A stretch of DNA of 64,000 nt from Bugula neritina (taxonomy: Eukaryota > Animalia > Bryozoa). The translations under genes were made by a program, and so were the position numbers. Shown here in pieces: positions 56,797 through 64,000 of this stretch. The stretch spans positions 1,364,001-1,428,000 of the forward strand of contig OZ037770.1 in assembly GCA_964035545.1 (NCBI GenBank), written 5' to 3'. Each line of letters starts with the position of its first letter. Position 1 is the stretch's first letter. The notes below the pieces were generated by a model. It saw only the letters and a program-made list of their open reading frames with translations. It made no database searches and was not told the DNA's origin.

Positions 56797-58836
56797 CTAT
56801 TTACAGACATAATTAACTCCGTAAAATCTGTCTAGCTTGCATCGGAGATTACTGCAACAATTGGCGTCACCTGAGCAAGTTTCTAAAAATAGAAAAATAA
56901 AAAACAATATAATATATACATTATAGACATGCAAATCTTATAGTTATACATATAGTGTCTAACCTTGTTATTATACCTATAATATTGCTATTCATTTAGT
57001 TTATGAAATTTGTTTCTCCTAGTGATGAGTTTACCCAGAGGCCTCTGTAACGTAATTGGTTAGCGCGCCTGCTTGGAGGTCTGTGGTTCGATTCCCCGTG
57101 GGGGCAATTTTTTTCAAGCTGTTTCGGCTTTTAATGAAATATAGTAGTACTCCAAGGGAGTTGAGAGGCAAGGGGAGCTTGATTACTGAAGGAGCAGTAG
57201 AAAGGTCAATGGAGTGGTGTAGTGGGGTGTAGTGATGAGTTTACCCAGTGGCCCCTGTAGCGCAATTGGCTAGAGCGCCTGATTACAAGCCGGAGGTTTG
57301 TGGTTCGAATCCCGGTGGTGGGATTTATTTTACATTTCTCTGCTGAAACTAAGAGCCTAATTCTCCATTATAAAAATCATATCATATGCGCTTAACCTAT
57401 CTCTATGCCCAATGATCTTCCCCTACATACATGACTACAAGATGTTCTATATACTTAGGCCAGCCTTTGATAATCAGATTAGTCAAAAGCCTGTCCCATG
57501 ATTGGCCGGTTTGTATTCAACAGTACCTTATCTGGTATGAATAAACTTATAGCTATGTCATTGACAGTGTTATAGGATTTCCAACTGCCCTCAATTTAGG
57601 CAATTGTCATATTATGACAGAGATCAACTATGTAAAGGTAAGATTTTTAGAATGCTTTACTTAAATCAATTATATTACAGAAGTTTGTAACATGATTGAA
57701 TGTTATGAACTTAAGCTAAACTTACCACCAATTTCTGAGCAGCCATCATAATCTCGTTTTTCATATTTTTCCAAAATGTCATCAAAAAACCTTCTCAAAA
57801 GTCTTTCACCTCTGAAAATTGAAATAAGTTCTTTTGGCCATATTATAACGACTTTTAAAAAGTTGTAAAATTACTTAATTTAAATAATCTGAAATTATTA
57901 CAACTAAGTATTGGTGTTTTCTCAGTTAGCAATTTGCTAATATATAACTACATTACAATTCACTAAGACATGAATTACTATAATACGTAATAGAAACATG
58001 TTGATGTATATAAGCCGATGTTTATGTTACAAGAATTTGTGTTAAGAAGTTGTCATACCTGCGATATTCAGCATAATCTCTTGGATAGTTGTCTACCAAC
58101 TCTTCCAAATCTATAAAATTAATGATAAGAATTGTTGGTATAAGTTTTAAACTTGACAACAAAAACCACAGATAATTTTGCAGTTTAAACTATTTTTTAA
58201 ACTACATTAAAGTAATTGCAAATACAATATTATTGAAACTATTATGCTGATCTTTTATTAGTTTCAACATTTAAATTTGAGTTCTCTTTCAAAATAACTT
58301 TAATTTTTAGATGAAGTATTGATAAAGTATAAAAAATAAAAAATATATAGTATAGGGAAACCGCTATATATTGAAATGTCTGCGAAGTTTTCATAGGAAA
58401 ATAACCATAACGTAATAACACTCTAATTAATTATTTACCACTGCATGCGTGTATGGCAATCATTTTTATACAGCTTTAATAGCATGTCAGTTTGCTGTAC
58501 TATAAATTTTTATTTTCTATAGCAAACAACTTTTTGGTACCTGAACTCTACAGTTATACGCTATGTATAAAAAAAACAATATATACCATTTTATTTTTAA
58601 GCAGTAAAAACTTTTGTAATCAACACTATATAATATTATAAAATTAATGCCAGCATTATTCCTTTATAATGATATACTCTTTTATTTAGGTTTAAACGTT
58701 TTTTATAATATGATAATCAGTATATATTAATAGAAGATTATTTGTTAAATGAAAAAGTCTTACCAATTTCATGTTCACAGGTAGAGCTGGCTGCAAGCGT
58801 CAAAATGAAAAATGACATAATTAGCAGGTTGTTCAT
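56797..58836 (-). CDS. Secreted knottin (ICK, conotoxin VI/VII-framework-like) prepropeptide, 98 aa
   Basis: Exons 58836-58764, 58110-58059, 57811-57726 and 56882-56797 (297 nt; phases 1, 2, 1; canonical GT-AG) give MNNLLIMSFFILTLAASSTCEHEIDLEELVDNYPRDYAEYRRGERLLRRFFDDILEKYEKR|DYDGCSEIGETCSGDANCCSNLRCKLDRFYGVNYVCK*. Cysteine spacing is C-x6-C-x5-CC-x4-C-x11-C. AATAAA on the minus strand at 56573-56578. Confidence 0.88.
57021..57330 (+). mobile_element. Two adjacent family-A tRNA-derived repeats in the last intron of the knottin gene
   Basis: 57021-57110 and 57226-57330 each carry agtgatgagtttacccag, an A-box-like segment and a ggttcgat/aatccc B box. Confidence 0.75.
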
Positions 58837-61201
58837 TGTGGTGGCAGGTGCTTGGCATGTACTTTGACACAATGAATGTTCTAATGACATGCATGTACTC
58901 TTCTTTAAAAGTACAAAACTGATTGTCTACGATTATTTGTACACACTATATAATATATATAGAAAGGCGACATGCCTCAGAAGTGTAATATTATTAGCCA
59001 ATCAAAATTAACTGTTAACCCATCACATTCAGAGATAATCACTGCTATAACCAATTAAAATTTACACAAGTACCCGAGTTATCAAACAATTCTTTGAATG
59101 CACAGGGCTGGATTATTTTAATAGTCTCTTGCATTTATAATATTGCTTAACTATAGCAAACATAATAAAATGTCAACGTAGTAAAAAAAAGTGCATTGCA
59201 GTAAACATTTTTAAAGTTAAGCATTTTGCCACTCCGCCTTATATATATATTATAGATATTTAAAAAGAATATAATGTGAAGAGAACAATTACTGTATTAT
59301 AGAACAATTAAACTATGCCATCAGCAAATTTTTTATTTGTTACCAAAACAATATGTATATATGCATATTGTAACATACTATTATAGGCTATAGTATACAA
59401 TAGTATACATTTATTATTTGGTTCTTACATACAGCTTACAATAATATGACAATTGACAATGTGTAGACAACTCTGCAAGTTGCATCAAGTTATGTTATTA
59501 AGAACTCCTTAAGACAAAATATCATTTCAGTGCCTATATATATATATATGTATATACCACATTGTAGTTTCAGTTCCATGTTCAAAAGTGAGACACTTTT
59601 TACTATATTATATAAAAATAAAACGCAGAAATAAAATCAAGGTAATTGGCAATAACTTCTATGCTATATTATATAGAAGATATAAATCAATATTAGGTTT
59701 GGAGGTTATATAATATATGCTAATTCTGATTATATTATCTTGGTATGTTGTATTGTTCAATGAAAATACAAACAATAGGTTTACATTTATAGCTTTTATT
59801 TATAGCAATTTTTTTAACAAAAGCCTATATTTAGATACCGATAAAATGCAGTTGACATTAATGTTTTAATTTGAAACATTAAAACAAACAATTCAAAAAT
59901 ATGAGTATTAGGTATTATATTAAATATATAAGTTGATATATATAGATGAGATTGATAAGAGATTAAGGTTGATTAATATTTAAAATTATTTGTAGCAAAC
60001 AGTTTCCATAAATATCATGTAGAACATAATTCTATTATGGAAATAAATAAAAATCTGCTAGATAAATATCTGGGATATTTTTCATATATCCCAAAGAAAC
60101 ACCTCCCGCAGTTAAAAACTTATACAGGCTTTCCAAATAAAGCTAGCAACAAACCCTCCTAATAGAATAAAATAAGTTGTACCAAAATAAATAAATAGCT
60201 CCAAATGCAGTTCAGGTTAAACGTCTGATATCTGGAATGACATCATGCAGAGAAAGAGTTCCACTTATAGCACAAACCTATCTCATATGTTGTCTTCTGA
60301 TTGACTTCTGCAGAATTTAACTTCCTGCTTTCTATAGCTACTTGGGATATATACATGTGCAAAGTACAAAATAAATGTCATTCCTTCTAGTTTTCGAATG
60401 TATGTAACGCAATATCAAAGGATATTTCTTAGAACTTAACTATCATTTTTCACTTTGTCTCCCATACCCTCATTTTTCATCTAATTCCTTGTTATGAACT
60501 TTTAAAACTTTCAATTAAAAACTGCTGGCAGAAGTTTATATCATTTGTCCTATAAGCTACTTAGAAGTTTGCTCTCTATTAGCAGAGAGTGCCCATCCGT
60601 TGACAACGCAAGTCACCACATCCAGTTCTCTGAGGTCAAGCTTTTTGACAAAATCGGTAAGCTTTAGTTTATAAGTTTTAGCCAGCATAGCTAATTATTG
60701 TTCAACTATGATAATGAAAAGTATATATAGGCATACACTTAAAATAAAAATTTGTCATAAAAACTGTTTACCTGCAAGTTTAATAATTGAGTGCTGATAT
60801 ATTAGGGCTACATTAAGAGTCATGCATGCTATAACTATATGCATATCGTTACTTATTTTAATGAAATATAATATTTTGAATTTTTTTGTGTTGCGTAATT
60901 AGTAATAATGCTTTAAGAATATATTCTTTAAAGCTATATCATTATAGTTGGATAAGGAATAAGCAATTTTCTGAAGTATTATGACATCATTTTCCCTTGC
61001 CAAAAGTTTGAAAAGCATTATTTTTTTGGAACATATAAGATTCAAGTATAAAATAAGAGCAAAATTTGAGAATGATTTTACAATAAAGATAGACAAGTAG
61101 TTTTTTAAACTTTATTTTTAGCCCTCATAGTTTTTGTATTGTTTGAGGGGTATTACTTTATATATATTACCAGTGAGGAGTTATAATATAATATATAATA
61201 T

Positions 61202-61205
<4 letters not shown>

Positions 61206-61261
<56 letters not shown>
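61206..61261. repeat. (TA)n microsatellite
   Basis: Directly visible. Confidence 0.95.
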
Positions 61262-61263
<2 letters not shown>

Positions 61264-62709
61264 AAAATCTCTATGTGCTTTATAACTATGCATGATTACC
61301 ATTGATGTTGAATTTTACCTTTCTCACAAACATTGAGGCACTGTCTATTTTCTATTAATATACATTATCTGATGCAAATTACTCTAACTTACGCATCATT
61401 CACACTGACAATAACTCATTCAAAGCAAAGCTTGACCAACAATATTATATATCAGTACCATTAGGTTTTATTATCCTTTCTTCCAGGTACAAAGTTCTTT
61501 CAACCAAGTCCATTCAGTGGTTTGAATCTCTTATAGGATTTGCACACTTCAAACACTGACCAGCATTATCCAGTGAGGTTAGTAAATGGTTCATTCTATA
61601 TTTACTTTGTTTACTACACGTCAGCAAATTAGGACTAAAATCACACTTAGTTACACGTTGTAGTTCGTGTTATGCTGATTTCAAATATATAGAAGAAGGT
61701 GACAAATAGTGACGAATTGCTTTTGATAACTACCGCATTATGATTGGAAACATTGATATATTGTGTATTATACATTTATATAAGATTAAAACTGCATTAT
61801 CTGCTAAATATTAATTAAATTCTAAAACTTATATGTCTTTGTAAAAACAAAAACTATATACAGGGCATGATACATAAAAGTTAATATAAAAACCTGTGTT
61901 TTTGGCCAAAACTTAAGGGAAAGGGTTCAGAATGAAGCATTAAACCAAACAAATATCCAAACATTTATTTTTACTTTTTATTACATCATTGGTTTTAGAT
62001 ATAAAAAACTACATAATTCTATAAAATAAGTCAAATTATATGAGGACAGAATCATTGTGATTATCAGACAGCTGTTTGAAACTAATATAATATGTCTATT
62101 TATTGTGTAATATTTTTTATTGAATCCACACGCTTCATATTATTCTTGGATTATTTTTGACGTTGAATGCATTTTTATAGAGTACGTGAAATCTGCAACT
62201 GCATTATTGGTCAAGCTGGTGGACTAAAGTTGTTAACGAAGCACTTTGTTGTCAGTATATTACAGCATACATCGCACCTTTATAATGTAGCATGAGTTGT
62301 ATTATTGCAGAAGCTAGTATATATATATATACAGGCATTTTAAAACTTGTCCAAAGTAAAAAAATAAAGGTGTTTTAGCAAAATTTGGCTAAACAGCAAA
62401 GAATCTTTATAGAGATAGTTTAAAGTATGCTGCATTGTCTTGTTCTTTTAATTATACTGATGATCACATCCACTTACCCTCTGTCTAATGTGCTTGATTT
62501 ACTTTGAGATTAACAAACTGCATGCAGTTCACTGACAGAATAGAACTGGAGTTTGTATAATTGCATATAATATATTAGATATTTGGTTTCTGCAGTGAAA
62601 TTTTTAACATATTTTTTGTTACAGGTATAGCGATAGCCAAAGCTTCTCAATATTCTGCCTTCAAGCAGCATTCAATATCTCAAGTTAAAATTCGGGAGCT
62701 AAGTCTAAA

Positions 62710-64000
62710 ATGGCCTCTTACAAATCATACTTTCAACTGTTTCGATATGGCCTCTATTTAATGCTTTACATAATTTTGAGAAGTTTCCAGCTTTTGTACT
62801 GGAAGATCAATGGGTTACAGAGTCACTTGCTTAGATGCAACGAGGGGCATAACTACGAAACCTCTGCTCAACTGCTCAAAGTTTGGGGAAGGTGTAAGTC
62901 GACCACATTTACTATACACTACAGACGCCACTTCCTGTCCACGCATGTCCAGGTCGTAAACCCCGAACTGGCCTTACAAAGTCATGTTTCCCTCATGACC
63001 GTTACTGACAAGGAAGCTATCTTTTGCATTACCCCTTTAAATGAGGATCTGTATGACACAAGGAAACACCCGTTCTTTCTGCATGCCCAGTATTCGTACG
63101 CCGAGTTCTTATTGATAATGCCAGTTAGTTCATTCATCCGTTTAGCTGAGACTGCTGGAGACCCAAAGGAGAAAGTGATCTGGCTGCACCATTTAGGTAG
63201 ATGTGGCTCTACTGCAACGTCTCAAGTGTTCAACACCTTACCAGATGTTTCGATGATCACTGAACCAATGTGCTTCTTTTCTCTTGATCAGACTTTCAAA
63301 TATAAGTACTTTGATGATCTTGATTACAATTGGGAAGACAGTATGGAATATCACCTGCTATACAAAAGCACTGTGCGGCTCTTATTAAAACCAAATGGTA
63401 AACAGAAGAAAGTAACAGTTGTGAAAGCTACAGCAATGTCTATGAAAACCGATTTAAAGTTGCTGTCAGCTATGTTTCCACATTACATCCACATATTTCT
63501 CTACCGACAGGCTAAAGACCAGGTTCCGTCCATATTCAAAGCTGTAGGTAACACAATGGCGGAGAGAGACCTCACCTTAGCTATTGCTTCCAACCGCGTC
63601 ACATCACGACTGCTCTCTAAAGTTAAGCCGCTGGTCCTCATGAATTACATCTGCACGAATAGAAATCATGTAAAATGGGTTTTCAATGAGGAGAATACAC
63701 GCAATCGTTCAAGGCTCGTATCATTTCTTTATCACTGGTGTGAAACTTGTCACCACTTTAAACTCTTGGTGGAAGAGTTTCACCAACGCACCACAATCCT
63801 AGCTTTTAGGTTTGAAGATTTTCAAGCTAGCCCGATTAATTTTTTTCACACGATGCTTACCAAGATTGGACTTGAATTATCAGATGACCAAACAACTTTG
63901 GCCCTGCAAGACAACAGCCAGAATAGATCACATGTGAGCAAAACTCTAGTTGCAAATAACCCCAAAGCGTCTGTCACCCCGGAATTTGTAAAAGAAGCCA
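62710..64000 (+). CDS. Sulfotransferase-fold protein (Sulfotransfer_3-like), single large coding exon, truncated by window end
   Basis: Stop-free frame of at least 430 codons from ATG 62710 (MASYKSYFQLFRYGLYLMLYIILRSFQLLYWK...). It contains a 5'-PSB-like VIWLHHLGRCGSTATSQVF..SMITEP, a 3'-PB-like HIFLYRQAKDQVPS and FRFEDF. Exon acceptor at 62624. Likely 5'UTR exons end near 60656 and at 61487-61578. Missing from the ORF track because there is no stop in the window. Confidence 0.8.
   Translation, partial: MASYKSYFQLFRYGLYLMLYIILRSFQLLYWKINGLQSHLLRCNEGHNYETSAQLLKVWGRCKSTTFTIHYRRHFLSTHVQVVNPELALQSHVSLMTVTDKEAIFCITPLNEDLYDTRKHPFFLHAQYSYAEFLLIMPVSSFIRLAETAGDPKEKVIWLHHLGRCGSTATSQVFNTLPDVSMITEPMCFFSLDQTFKYKYFDDLDYNWEDSMEYHLLYKSTVRLLLKPNGKQKKVTVVKATAMSMKTDLKLLSAMFPHYIHIFLYRQAKDQVPSIFKAVGNTMAERDLTLAIASNRVTSRLLSKVKPLVLMNYICTNRNHVKWVFNEENTRNRSRLVSFLYHWCETCHHFKLLVEEFHQRTTILAFRFEDFQASPINFFHTMLTKIGLELSDDQTTLALQDNSQNRSHVSKTLVANNPKASVTPEFVKEA

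Noticed and set aside
57250-57325. Functional tRNA gene
   Set aside because: A and B boxes are present, but the acceptor and anticodon stems pair poorly and it belongs to a dispersed, diverged repeat family.

Overview
AT-rich, intron-containing invertebrate (metazoan) genomic DNA, not prokaryotic. I could not determine the taxon. I rebuilt eight protein-coding genes by hand from GT-AG boundaries and phase continuity. In order they are: (1) a PTB-domain protein, SH2D5-like (minus strand, 3' end outside the window); (2) synaptotagmin-1 (minus); (3) a synaptotagmin-7-like gene (plus), head-to-head with Syt1; (4) a 10-exon, 657-aa gene joining 39-aa ankyrin repeats to a non-RD kinase (minus), with a TIR DNA transposon in one intron; (5) ELP6 (minus); (6) RWDD1 (plus), head-to-head with ELP6; (7) a 4-exon, 98-aa secreted precursor with signal peptide, acidic propeptide, KR site and a 37-aa inhibitor-cystine-knot peptide of conotoxin framework VI/VII type (minus), absent from the ORF track; (8) a sulfotransferase-fold ORF with no intron in the visible coding part (plus, runs off the window), divergent from the knottin gene. 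There are also two tRNA-derived SINE-like families, microsatellites, minisatellites and an intronic hairpin. The strongest candidates for novelty are the knottin gene, its possible link to the neighbouring sulfotransferase, the ankyrin-kinase and the Syt1/Syt7 pair.
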